Assembly: GCA_004022145.1 (NCBI GenBank)
Contig: RCNU01000017.1
Reading direction: 5' to 3' (one strand)
Source of the DNA: Paecilomyces variotii
Taxonomy: Eukaryota
Length of the DNA: 64,000 bases
The notes under the pieces were generated by a model. It saw only the letters and a list, made by a program, of their open reading frames with translations. It made no database searches and had not been told where the DNA came from. Positions 22,431-34,700 of the stretch are shown here, in pieces (the stretch's first letter is position 1; every line of letters begins with the position of its first letter). Made by a program: the position numbers and the translations under genes.

Positions 22431-25036
22431 GGTGTCTAAAGCAAATTTTCTTCTTCAACAATCAAATCATACGTTGTTTTCGAAGTAGATTCGAGATGTC
22501 TGAGACCAGCTCAGTGAACAAGAACCGCGTAGGATGACGAAAGATTTCTGAACAAGGAGAGATAACTTTCTGCCTATCGCACAGCCACAGGGTCGTATGC
22601 CAGATACTGGATTTGAAGGTCGGATAGTGATATGTCCCGAAAGAGTAGTCGATACAACAGAATAATCACCCGAGGGGACCCTGCACTTCGACGAGAGGAA
22701 AAATGAAGAAGCAGATATGGGAGACTCGATAATCTAAGATCGAGTGTGCCTAGTGGGAAACAGGAACGATGTGGTAAAATCGATCAGATTCAGATCTGCT
22801 TGTGTGCCGTGTGGGCAACGAAAGGAATGTGGTGATGAACCAGCCACCGATGGGACAAGTTGAAGAGAAGAATAATGAAGAAAACCCACGAATGAATGGG
22901 ATCTTCAAGGACAAAAGAATGAACAAACCCCACTGGCACTTGGCCTCCAAGACCTACTGAAGAAAAGAAGAAAAGATCGGAAATCTCCAGAGGAGAAGAA
23001 AGGGTAGTGAGCAGTTAACAAAAAATAATGACTTGGCCGTTCATAGCCCACTACTACGTACTACTGTCCGTCCCATGCAAGTTTCTTGACCCTCCACAAC
23101 CACACCCTCTTGGCTACGTTTCAACCGTAGCAGTGGAGCGAGCGAGCGAACGGTGGAAAAACATCGTTCTAAACGTATCGATCGATCGCGCTGCTCCCGC
23201 AAGGGGACGATGGCGGGATGGTTCCTGGCACCGATGTGGAGTGATATATCAACTGTCGGTCGTCTACTGGTGAAATCTGCTCTCTCACTGGACCAAGCCT
23301 GAAACCACGACGGGACAGCCATACGGACCGCAGCCCTGTCAGCGTCGAAAAGCGACCATGTTTCAACTCTTGAGCATCGCCACCGGCCAATCTTCCTCGA
23401 GTAGACTCGCGATCGCCCGATGGTCCACTGATGCTCGGCTCCGCTGGATGTCTGTCCTGTCTGATTTTCCAGTAGACGACGCCGCGAGACGTGGCCACGC
23501 TGCTGGTCGCCAGCTGTTCCTGAACGAACATTATTGCGCTAACTGGACCTAGAATAGAGGATTTACTCGATGTATTACTGCTCCACCAATTGGAAATCAA
23601 TATCCTCGATTGGCTTGTCCAGCGCTGTCGGTGAGGGTAAATCACTTCGTAGTTCGTACACAAACCGTGATTTTGATCTTCTTATTCCGATAGACATCGC
23701 TCACTCATAATCATCACATGATCGCCTTCCAGTTGCGACTCGTCGTGTGATGATTAAATGTACATTTAATATGTCAGACGATTTTCTGGGCGACATGGAC
23801 GCCCTGGCTTAGAGCACCGGGTGAACTTGCAGTGCACATACCACCGTTACTGCTGGGAGCGTCTACTCTATCTTGACAGAAGAAACATTTCGTGATTCCG
23901 ATCCACATCCCGTCGCAGAATCTCCGAGGTACTAATGGATTCTGCGTGTCATAGGGTTCTCTACCGAAGGCTGAAACAGTGAAACGATCGGGATCAATCT
24001 TACGCCAGAAAGTTCCCACAGTGAACCCTTTTTCTGATGCGGGGCTCGTTCTAGAAACTATAGACGGTGGTCTCTCTCGATTGCATGACGATACTAATAT
24101 TCCCTGAGGCCTTGCGATTTGCCGTGATTGACTGGTTCTGCCATGTCAAAGATGATGATGCTGGTAGATTCTGCGCCTCCATCTCTGGCGTTTCAGATAA
24201 GAGCTACCTCTCCCTGTTGTTATCACTATGACTGTCTTCATGCCCTGTGAAGTCTGAGCCAGGCCAAGAATCTGGAGCAGTTCTGTGTCTGGGGAGACGT
24301 AAACCTATGTTTGGCTGAATCATGTCCAAGCGACTAACTAAACAACTAAGTTAACCAGAACCAACTTAGTTGTAAAGTTGAGATGTCCGCGTCAGCATCG
24401 AAGCTGATATCAAGCAGGCGGTAATAATTTCAACACGAGAAAGAAATCTCTATCACCCAGATTTGGGGGTTGCAGATGCAATTCCTTAGTCCAATCGATC
24501 TCACAGCGACAGCGGATATTGGTGTACTAGTTATGAAGCTGGATAAAACGCACAATTGCCGGGAGTGAGTTTAGGCTTGATGGCGCCGGCTGTGGCCGTC
24601 TGCTAGGGAAGTCCGCCTTTAGAGTACCCAGGTAAGTATGTAGTTATAACAATGACCGACATGAAGCATGGCTGACCTCCACAATCTTTGTTAACTAACC
24701 ATCAGCGGATCAGGGACGCCTAAACACCATTTCTAAAACCATCTCTCCCCTGACCATCTCCATAAATCACCGAGATACCCGTTGATCGGCCCCTCTCGTC
24801 CCGCAGAATGCTCGTTAGCAACACCGCCACAGGCCTTACCGTGGCTGACAGTTCCCGTCTTCGGTTTAGGTTGTTTTCACGTTGGAAGGGCCGGAACGGC
24901 AGGGAAAGACTCAAACGGAGCTGGACAATAATGAACCATTACTGACGTGCTCCTTTTTTCTCCAGAGGTGAGGAAGTTTCCAAGTTGTCCTGCGTGTTGT
25001 TTCTTTTTTGCAATGTCCCTTGCAAGCCAGTAAATC

Positions 25037-26476
25037 ATGTCTGCCGCAGAGAGTTCGGAGCGGAAACACGGTGTCAAGGGGTTCTTCTCCAACGTGCTAC
25101 GCCCCAAAAAGTCCCGCCAGACTCTGCGCAAAAAGGCGCCGGTCGATGGGGTCGAGCAGGTGCCCGCTGTGCCTAAGTTGGCACCTTTGGAGGAGCATCG
25201 TCAAAGGGTGCGCGCAGCAGGACTCCATCTCAACACGCAGCTGGGTGAAAACCTTGACTATACGGAGATTCTGCATAAACTAGGGCTGAATGAGCCCTTC
25301 GATGCAGACGATTCACATTATGCCGTTCAGGACAATCGGCCACCCGGAGAGCCCGCCGTGGCTAGCCTGTCGCCGGAGCTTTGGGGTTGCATCGTCCAGT
25401 ATCTCAACCCCCGCGAGGCCGCCAGCTTGGCCCTGGCTAGTCGAACCCTCTATATGAGGTTGGGATGCACACCGTTCCAGGCTCTCAACCTGGAAGAGAA
25501 TTATCAATACAAGATCGAGTTTCTGGTCTCTCTGGATCGCTACTTTCCGCACCATCTGCTATGTTTTCCCTGCGCGAAATTTCATCGCCGCACGCAAGAG
25601 GGCCGTGAACGTCTTCGGCCAGCCGATGTATTGAATCCTCTGTTCAACTGTCCCAATGCGCGCAATCCGCTGCGGCCTCAGCCACGGCATCGCATCACTC
25701 ATAATTATGTACTGTATTATTCGTTTGTCCAGTTGGTGATGCGAGCGCATCGTTTGGGACCAAGATACGGTCTCTCACCTGACTCCCTCGGTCGTCGCTG
25801 GAAGAGGGATGGATGGAACTTCACTACGAGGTACCACATCCATAACGGCCACCTCCTTATGCGCGTGACCGCCCAGACTTTCGCTGATCCGGGTCTGACG
25901 CCTGCTGCTCAGCGGATGCTGCTGTATTCCCGAGACGACTACTGGCCGTTCTTCTCTGCCTGTGCCCATTGGAGAGACGGCGAACTGATGAGCGTCTGCA
26001 AATGTGCACTATCTCATATTCCTGTTCCCCGACCCACGGAAGGTCTTCAAGGAGTAGAGAATAGGGTCAAAGACATGCTCGCAGCGCCCTCAACAAGGGG
26101 ATCTTCCTCTTCAGTCATGACAGCTAGCTGTGGGAAATGCAGACCAAAAAGACGATGTCCGGAGTGTCCCACAGAATATCTCATCGAGATCAAACTCACC
26201 GAAGATCGGAGTGAGATTAAAAACGTCCATTTCAGGCACGCCATCGTCGTGACCCGCTGGAGTGACCTAGGAGACGGAATGTCGCCAATGTCGCCGGAAT
26301 GGTCTGCCTGCGATGGCTACGGCCCGGAGTATGACTCTTTCACTGCCATTGGTAACCGAGCGATATCCGGTATCTTCGAGGCTGCCTTCACGTTCGACAC
26401 TGTCCCAGGACAACGAGTCATCTCCTTGAATCCAACTGGTGTCAAGAAGGGAGAGGCAGGGAACGATTGGTATTAA
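25037..26476 (+). CDS. F-box-like domain protein with Cys-rich segments
   Basis: 479-aa intronless ORF with LSPELWGCIVQYLNPREAASLALASRTLY (F-box-like), CFPCAKFH and CGKC..CPEC. Confidence 0.75.
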   Translation: MSAAESSERKHGVKGFFSNVLRPKKSRQTLRKKAPVDGVEQVPAVPKLAPLEEHRQRVRAAGLHLNTQLGENLDYTEILHKLGLNEPFDADDSHYAVQDNRPPGEPAVASLSPELWGCIVQYLNPREAASLALASRTLYMRLGCTPFQALNLEENYQYKIEFLVSLDRYFPHHLLCFPCAKFHRRTQEGRERLRPADVLNPLFNCPNARNPLRPQPRHRITHNYVLYYSFVQLVMRAHRLGPRYGLSPDSLGRRWKRDGWNFTTRYHIHNGHLLMRVTAQTFADPGLTPAAQRMLLYSRDDYWPFFSACAHWRDGELMSVCKCALSHIPVPRPTEGLQGVENRVKDMLAAPSTRGSSSSVMTASCGKCRPKRRCPECPTEYLIEIKLTEDRSEIKNVHFRHAIVVTRWSDLGDGMSPMSPEWSACDGYGPEYDSFTAIGNRAISGIFEAAFTFDTVPGQRVISLNPTGVKKGEAGNDWY

Positions 26477-27347
26477 AGGAGTTATTGAATAGGACGGACA
26501 AACTAACCCTTTATTCTCCCCGAACAAAGAAACCTTTTGTTTGACCCTAATCATGATGAAATTTAGGCCGGTAACTGTACCATAACATTCGTTTCGGAAA
26601 GGACTATTGAATAGTCCTTAGCCGCTGGCGCTTTTTTTTTTAATAATCAGAGAAGATATCTTTCATCTTTTCAACTTTTTTATCCCTTTCTTCTCTGCTC
26701 GCTTACTCGAGGGAACCAAAAACAAGGACCCTAATATGGTTAAGAAATTGCAAATGGGAGGATTTACCAAAAACCGCCATCTGTTTCAAAAAAGGAATTT
26801 GGCGTTCGGTCTTTTTTGGTCCCGAATAATAATAGTCAATGTTATTCTGATTCATCCAAAAGCTCTGAAAACCAAAGTAAAACGTAGAACCGTGTTTAAG
26901 GTATCCCATGCATTCGTTATGACAATAATTGCAATAAAGAGTGTAAATCCAATGTTATATAGTAAAATCAAAACCTTTGATCTATGTAAGGTTAGGGGTA
27001 TCAAACATTAATACAACAGAAATAATAATAACAAGCCATTTTGACACATAATGTCTGATAGAGACGAATATCCAAGGATGGTCCTGAATTGTCGGTGTCT
27101 CGTATCCCAATGCGCGGGAGCCCAAATAAGAATAGGAAATGATCCAGTTCCCATAGGAGGAAGAATACCTAAAATAAGCAGTACCAGATAAGGAACCAAC
27201 CTGATGCACTGGGCTAAATCCAACAGCTTCCAACCAAAAACACCGAAAAATGCATATTGTTCCCAAAGGAGATGGTACTCCAAGAACACTAACAACGACT
27301 AGTCCAAAATACCGGCAGCCAAAAGAGATAGGCCATTATGATACTGC

Positions 27348-30080
27348 TCACAAGAAGCTGAGTTCATCCTCGCTGCTGTCGTCTTGTGAGCATGGAATGA
27401 CCAGACTCGTGCGTCGAACGAAAGATGACCGTCGTCGAGTCTTTCTGTTGTCAGATGGTCTGGGCAGGTAACTGCCCGTTGAACGACGGAGGCAGCCACG
27501 CGCGACTCGAACTGGTCTAACGTTGTACTCATCCGCCTTTTTGTGCACGATGACAACTTCGACTTTTGGGCTCTTGCCGCCATCTTCTTGCTTACCTGTG
27601 TCTGGATAATGTCGTGGCCTCCTTTGCTCGATCTCTCGTGAAATGGACGGAGATTCCATCTGCTGATAGTTACCAGATTTCGACGGTTCCCAAAAACTGA
27701 TAGGATCCTCTTCGTCTTCAGTATCGGGTACGAAGTCGTCTGGGCTGTTCTCTCGTGATTCTATAGAGCTTTCACGAGACCTAAACGGGATTGTCCGAAG
27801 CCGCTTCCCTTCCCTTTCTGGGATGTCTTCCTCTAGGGTCCTCTTTAGTGACGACGGTGGAGAAGAAGTAACACTGGTTATATCATCTTCCGAATTTGAG
27901 GACGACTCAACATAACTTGGGAGCGGTGAAGGTGACTGATCTCGACTGGGGACGACAACAAGTGGTTTCGAGGCTGCTATAGTTTGGGAATTCCTAGCCT
28001 TAGGGAAGGGGGTACTTGCCACCCATTCGCCAATGCTTTCCTCCCATCTATATGGTATCCTCGTATGCAGCTCACCTGACAGTCTCTGCGAACCGAGTTG
28101 CGTGTCTGCATGGCAGCAGGCTAGCTTTTCCTGGAGTTCTGCAGCCCGTGCATGGTCCTCAGGATCCTGACTCCTTTCTGCAAGGTCCATGGCTACTTCG
28201 ACGGCGATTTTTCCGAGGAACGAAGATAGACCTTTCTGGGAGCTCGTCGGTGCGAATGAGGAGAACATATTATCAACATATTTCGTGTGGCATCCGTGAT
28301 CGATGATGGCTCGCTCGCAGCAGTGGATCACTTGCTGCGTGAGAAAGGACATCTCTTTCACAACTTCTCGCTGCTCAGCCAGACATCCAAAGAAAGAGTC
28401 GAACCGGCTCGTCATGGCGGTTTCCGTTTCCGCTATTGGTTCTGGAAATTCGCAATGGCTGCATTGTATTAGATAATTTCCAACGAGAACACTGCCACGC
28501 CGGAGTAGTTGCCAAGTTGGGACTGTATCCTTGTCCAGCAGTGGTCGGAGCTCGACTTCACGTTGCACTGTCAGTGCGAGACTTGAAAGGATATCCCGCA
28601 TAATGCTTCTAGTGGTACTACCAACAGCTGAGTCATAAGAACGGACAATGTGCATACTGCAAAGGGCGGTGACAAGGCTTAAAATCATATTGCTTATCGT
28701 GTCTTGAGCGGAAGAGTGTTGAACCGATTTCCCCGTGTGGAGTGCAGACGTGCGCGTCTCCTTCGAAGCGATTATCGAGAGGGTAGAACCGGTCGAGTCC
28801 CTTGAGGTATCCTGGACGCCCACAATACCGCTGGCCCAGAGTATGACCGCTTCTATTAGACGTGTAGCAGCAGCGAAACTAGAGTCCATTTTCGAAAGTG
28901 ATCCAATCGCATCGTGCATGGCCTGATCCCAATTCATTCCGATGAGACCGTGCGGAGGAACGACACCCCACGCCAGCGCCTTTGCTAGCTCGTCAAAGAC
29001 ATACGGACTATGACTGGTGTCGTAGTACCGCTGCAATAGCTTCAGTGAAGTGTGGCATCTGACAAGGTTCACAGATGTCTCAGAGTTCCCATGTTCAGCC
29101 AGATATGTTAATCTGTTTGAAAACAATGTCTCGAAGGCATCGAATTCTTTCAACTCGATACATTCTCGCAAGAGCTGGTGTGTCACCGAGTCAGTGAGCC
29201 AGTTATTCCGTATCATGTCCGACACCAGATGAATGCCCTGAGCGCGGACGGCTTCCCGCAAGGGTTGCCATCCGGTACCGTTGGGTGCGTACAGTGCCTC
29301 TAATTCAGTAAAATATGCGTCCTCCATATCGACATCTTCATCTTTGTCTAATTCATCCTGATTTTTCTGTTCCTGAAAGATAAATTCGGGTAGTTGACGC
29401 GCTGCCATCGATAGCAGCGAACGCGAGCCTTGAGCTGGTCGCTTCTGGGAGTTGTGGACACGGGTTCCCGCCAGAAATGTAAAAAAGACGCGACTAAGCG
29501 ACTGAAGTATCTGCTTCAGATTTTGATCTCCAGACCGATCCAGAGCGTCGTGCCACACAGAGTTCTGCGCCGGGTAGTGTAATTCCCGTGATTTCAATCT
29601 CTTCCCCCTGCCCGTTGACTCGGTCTGTGCAGAAGACTGGTTATCGGATTCCTGAGAGGCTACAGCATCGTTCGAGTACCGGTCCGATAGGCGCCCCGTA
29701 ATGAGCGGCGTCCCAATCTCGATCGCGCCAGGTAATTTTCTCTGAACCTCAGGGCTTCGCAGCACTGATCTCAGCCGACGCCTGCCACTTCCTTCGCTCC
29801 GCGCTGAGTATTTATGCCTAATCCGCCGCTTATCAGTCTTTCCAGGTATCCATGAAGGATCTTCCCTGTCGCTTCCGGCAGCAGAAGATCCATCATCTTG
29901 GTCCGGTTTCTTGCTTAGAGCCGTCACTTGCGTGTAGCTAATCTCGAGCGGTTCGTTCTGTTTCTGCGGCACATCAACGGGCGCTTGGTCGAGCCGATAT
30001 TTCTCCAATCGATGATATATAGACTTCAAAGGGCGCAGCATTCGATAACCCCATTTTGCTGTCGGGCGCACATCTTCCAT
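27348..30080 (-). CDS. Hypothetical 910-aa protein with a helical core and a disordered, basic C-terminus
   Basis: Single long ORF with normal composition and NLS-like clusters; no family recognised. Confidence 0.8.
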   Translation of the reverse strand: MEDVRPTAKWGYRMLRPLKSIYHRLEKYRLDQAPVDVPQKQNEPLEISYTQVTALSKKPDQDDGSSAAGSDREDPSWIPGKTDKRRIRHKYSARSEGSGRRRLRSVLRSPEVQRKLPGAIEIGTPLITGRLSDRYSNDAVASQESDNQSSAQTESTGRGKRLKSRELHYPAQNSVWHDALDRSGDQNLKQILQSLSRVFFTFLAGTRVHNSQKRPAQGSRSLLSMAARQLPEFIFQEQKNQDELDKDEDVDMEDAYFTELEALYAPNGTGWQPLREAVRAQGIHLVSDMIRNNWLTDSVTHQLLRECIELKEFDAFETLFSNRLTYLAEHGNSETSVNLVRCHTSLKLLQRYYDTSHSPYVFDELAKALAWGVVPPHGLIGMNWDQAMHDAIGSLSKMDSSFAAATRLIEAVILWASGIVGVQDTSRDSTGSTLSIIASKETRTSALHTGKSVQHSSAQDTISNMILSLVTALCSMHIVRSYDSAVGSTTRSIMRDILSSLALTVQREVELRPLLDKDTVPTWQLLRRGSVLVGNYLIQCSHCEFPEPIAETETAMTSRFDSFFGCLAEQREVVKEMSFLTQQVIHCCERAIIDHGCHTKYVDNMFSSFAPTSSQKGLSSFLGKIAVEVAMDLAERSQDPEDHARAAELQEKLACCHADTQLGSQRLSGELHTRIPYRWEESIGEWVASTPFPKARNSQTIAASKPLVVVPSRDQSPSPLPSYVESSSNSEDDITSVTSSPPSSLKRTLEEDIPEREGKRLRTIPFRSRESSIESRENSPDDFVPDTEDEEDPISFWEPSKSGNYQQMESPSISREIEQRRPRHYPDTGKQEDGGKSPKVEVVIVHKKADEYNVRPVRVARGCLRRSTGSYLPRPSDNRKTRRRSSFVRRTSLVIPCSQDDSSEDELSFL

Positions 30081-31750
30081 CTTTAAGCATCGGTCGACTG
30101 ACTACCAGGACGCCCTACACTGAGTACACATTAGACTACATGATCCTCTAGATAGAAGGCCCCAAGACGTGTACCATACCTATAATACAATAAAAAGACC
30201 TTTTCTCCTTCTTATCTTGCGTCTTCAACTGCTATCCATGGCTCTCCTCTCCCTATGTGCGCGACGGAGAGCACATCCCACCGCCGGCAAGTGTTCTTGA
30301 GGGAGACGATTAAACAAGAAGTATTGTTCCAATGTATAGGGTGCCGTAATATCCAAATGATTAGGATGCTTGAAAATAAACTGTTGCGCGAAAATTAAAA
30401 TACAGACGCCGGTGGGATGTGCAATGATGGTAGAGAGTCAAGCTTGGAAAGCGGATGTAAACATGAGTTGCGGGATGCGGTCCAGGCAGCCCTACTTACA
30501 ACCGCGCTATTCCTATTACGGCTTCTAGGGCCTATTATTCAATGACATTTTCTTATTATTCCGCAGCTGGTAGTAGTTATCTAGTCTCTTGAACAATTAT
30601 CTCTGCGCCATTGATTAGTAGAAACACGTTATCGCTTATTTGAAGATTTACACTTGTTGTTATCATTTCTTCCCGCAGACTGCTTCACAACCAATACTCT
30701 CTGAAAGAAAGCGTCTCTCGAAATAAATAGCGACTATATATATAGTTACAGTTTCATTATGATCGTACGAGACGTCCAACATACGGAGAAACTCTTAGCG
30801 ATGTTTCTTCAGGACATCAGTAAAAAGCCCACTATAACGGATTCTGACGACGTAGCAGTTCAACGAGTTCAGAATAGAATCAGATAGGCCCGATACAACA
30901 TGGTTATCAGAGCATGATGTGGGAAGGGCATTCGCCGATGTGATTAGGGAGGAATCCTCGTTGGATAGAGCAAATTTGTGAACATATCAGACGGTTAGGT
31001 TCAGATATCGTCTCCCGACTCTGAGCTCGCAGGGTCCTCATCCTCCGTAACTTAGTTATCCCGTTGATGCTTGCGCCTGGATTTCATGGTCCTCATTTAG
31101 CTATAGTTATGTACATACTTGGCCTAAGACACATCCCTCTTCATGGTAATCTCCAACTTATTGATCAACACAACGCCACATAAGCGATTTCGTCATATTT
31201 AGTCCAAGCATCGATATAGCACCAGCGGAATACATCATACTATCAGACACAAGTGGTAAATCGCAGGAAACAGCCGACCTCGTTGAATCAGGATGGCGGA
31301 GCAAAAGAAATCAGTCGCTATTGTTGGAGGTTGATGAAGGTTTCGTTGTATGTACGTATTTCACTGATATACGAGCTAGGTAGAATGCACGTAGCCAATC
31401 GTGTACTGGTGTATATATTAAATGCTAGTAAGATCGTGACTGGTTATCGTGACATTCACCGTTCCACTACCACAGTACTCTAGAAAAAGATTCGTGCATC
31501 ATAATACAAAGCGATTCCTTGATATGGAAACCTGAAGACCGTTGCTATGCAGAGCCCGCATGAAACAAGAAAGGGAAAAAGGTCCCTCATAGCGCGCAAG
31601 AGTAGAGATTCCTACTATACAATTCTTTTTAACCACCGAGCCACCGGACCAAAGACCTCATCCATGACATGTATATAGTGTCGTTGCTAAAACACGTTAA
31701 TATCGGAAATGAAAATTCGGCTCTGCATTGCCCATTTTCGTAATATGAAA

Positions 31751-34700
31751 TTAAGCGTTCACAGCGGACTTCTTGGAACCACGGAGCTTAGGGTTGCTGG
31801 CAGCAGCACGCTTCTTCTGCTTCGATCGAGGAGTACTCGATTCACCACCCTCGATGAACTTCAGCAGCTCCTCAATGCTACGGGAGTCTACAGAGGATCC
31901 GTTCCTGTCCGTGGCGCCAGCTGCTTCCGCGACGGTCTGGCCGACCTGAGGCTGCGGCTTGGCACCAAGCGGAACGCGGCCAGTCAGATTGATGCGGCGC
32001 AGTCGACGAGCTTGGATATCCTTAGCATGCTTGGCAATCGAGACAGCGTTCTGAGTGAGCTGCTCCAACCAGCTCTCAGCTTCCTTGGTGTTTCGGTCCT
32101 CGGGTCCGAGTTCGCTGAGGAAGATGTTGTAGGCATCACGCATCTTGTTGACAGCGGCCTTGGAGTCCTGGTCCAGGGCCAGAGCCTGGGCAAGCTGGAA
32201 CAGGATCGTGGCGGTGTTGATGGACTGCCTTCCGAAGAGTTCTTCGCAGACAGCCAGTGAGGCCTCGAACCATTTCCGCGAGTCCGAGTAGAGCTTAAGG
32301 TGCTGCAACATCACGGCAGCATTATTCATGGTCGTGATAGAGTCGGGGTGGTTGGAGCCGTAGATGATCTTCCAGAGATCCATAGCATGCTTGACGTACA
32401 CCAAGGCGGTCTTGGTGTTGCCGTTAGCATGTTCAAACAGACTCAGATTAAGGTAGCTGAGGATGGTATCGGCGGAGTCAACGCCTAGTGTCCGCTCAGT
32501 GACGATGACCGCCTTGCGCGCCAGTTCCACAGCGGCATCCTTCTCGTCGTTCTGGTAGTAAAGCATTGAAAGCTGGTGGTACAGCTTGGCAACCTCGGGG
32601 TGCAGGATTCCGTAGATCTGTTCATGGAGAGACAGCGACTCAAGGATAAGTTCCTGGCCCAGCTGCTTCTGACCCTGCATCATAGAGATGCGTCCAGCCT
32701 CCAGGGCTTCTTCAGCGAGAGCGCTCCGTGGAGCAGCATCCCTGACGAGAGGCACGATGTTGAGGATGTCATCGGGAACGAAGGTAACAACGGGCTTAAC
32801 CGGTGCAGGGCTGGGCGAGGCACTGTCACCGCCCTTCTTCTTTTTCTTCTTGCCCTCATCGTGTCCGGCTCCGTTGGCGCCGTTAGAGATAGGAGCGGTC
32901 TCCTTGATCTGGGCCTTTGTGAAAGCATATTCACGAGCTCCCAGTTGGAGACCGAGTTTGATGGCAACGTCACGGAGAACCTGCAAACGCCTCAAGGAGC
33001 TGAACCATTCAGACTCCAGAGTGTAGCGGAACCTGGTCTTAACCTGCTTTTCAATCTCGGCCCTCAAGCTCTCGGGAGTGACACTCTCAAACGCGAAATC
33101 GCCTTCCGGGTAGATCTCACGCAGGGACTCGTCAATGTCTGCGCGCGGCTGGGGGTTGACGTCGGTTCCGAGCAGGCAGTTTAGCAAGTGAGAAATGCAA
33201 GAAGGCGCGAAAGGAGCAGGCAGGTAACGCAGGTAGCGATTAGTAACATGCTTGAAAGCACGGACAATCATCTCCTGGTTCGCGAGCACGGTCAGAGCCT
33301 GGAGGCGGGAGCCCTTCTCCTTGGAGAGTGAAGCAACCTTGCCAAGGTAGCGAATGTTGATACCACGCTTGTGCATAAGCTGACTCAGGGACTGTCCATC
33401 CATCGGGAAGCCAACCTCGCCGTCATGGAGATCTTGGATCAGATCAGGAAGAACCTTCGATCTCAGATAGTCACAGGCATCGCGGACCTCCTGCTCATCA
33501 CGAGCCCACTGTTCCTTCTCCTCGTCGGTCTGAGGGACTTGGCCACTGAACACGTCGGGGTTCAGTGCAAACTGGAAGCCGGAGATGTCTACTCTCTCCT
33601 GATCGACAGCCTCTTCGCTCTTCTCAGCAGCAGCCTCTCCCTCAGCCTTCTCGCCCTCGACGGCCTTCTCTTCGGTCGCCTTCTTGGCACTGCGGCGACG
33701 CTCGACTTCCTCTTTCACGTATTGGCTCATCTTGTACCGCCAGTATGACTCGACAAGTTCAAGGCGAAGAATGGACATGCGGTGGGGGTACTCGCTGTTT
33801 CCTTCGTCTTCCTGCCATGCGACATCGAGAGGAGCGATGCGATACAGGTCAAGAACGTACTTCCTGCCATCCGTTCCGAGAAGACCCTTGGTCTCAACGC
33901 TACCTTCGAGTTCGTGACGCTTGCCGTCCTTATCCCAGACGGGGTGCTTCTTCACTCTCAGGGCCTTGGAGAGCTTTTCAAAGACAGGAACGAAGTCAGG
34001 GTGTTCCGCCACGACTTCCTTGCCCTCAACACCACCGTAGTCGATCTGGTGCTCGCCGGGTTCCCGCTGCTTGAAGATACCAGGAACGATACTCTGACCG
34101 ACCATACGCTTACCGAGATAGTCAACGACAACGGTTCCTGGAGTGAACAATCCGGGGACATCCAGCTGGTTTACAGCCTTAATTCCCATGACGTCCTTTC
34201 CGACAGCAACACGGGCAGCCTCATCGCCACCTTCGGAAGCAAACGTGCCAACGCCATCAGCGCCGAAAGAGTAGAAGATGTTGTTGTACACGAAGATCTG
34301 GGCATCTCTTCCTTCCGTGGGATTCAGAGGTGCAACCTCTCCCCTGGCCACCAAGACGGCGCCACGGGCAGCAGCGTCGTTGTAATCGGCGAAGAGCTTT
34401 GAAGTCAGGCGCTCCCGGAACACTCTGTCCTGGACTGCTTCACGAGGTAGCTCTCTCGTGGTCTGGAACTCTTCGTTCCAGTCACGAAGGGTCTCAGCGT
34501 TGTCCACACCGGAGATGAGGAAGTTCTCCTGAGACCGAGCGATGTCGGGCTGGTGAGCGTTGACGCCTGCGGCGTTCTGAGAGACAAGCCAGGGGTTGTT
34601 GGGGATAGCGTTCTGGAAGGGGAAGGTGGTGAGGAGGTCCTTCTTGTTGTTAGATTCCTGCAGAGCCTGGAAGGCCGTGTTGAATGAAGGTGAAAGCTGA

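Noticed and set aside
18812-26476. GST, ferric reductase and F-box gene as a metabolic or detoxification cluster
   Set aside because: There is no backbone enzyme, cluster regulator or convincing shared motif, and the genes sit among housekeeping loci.
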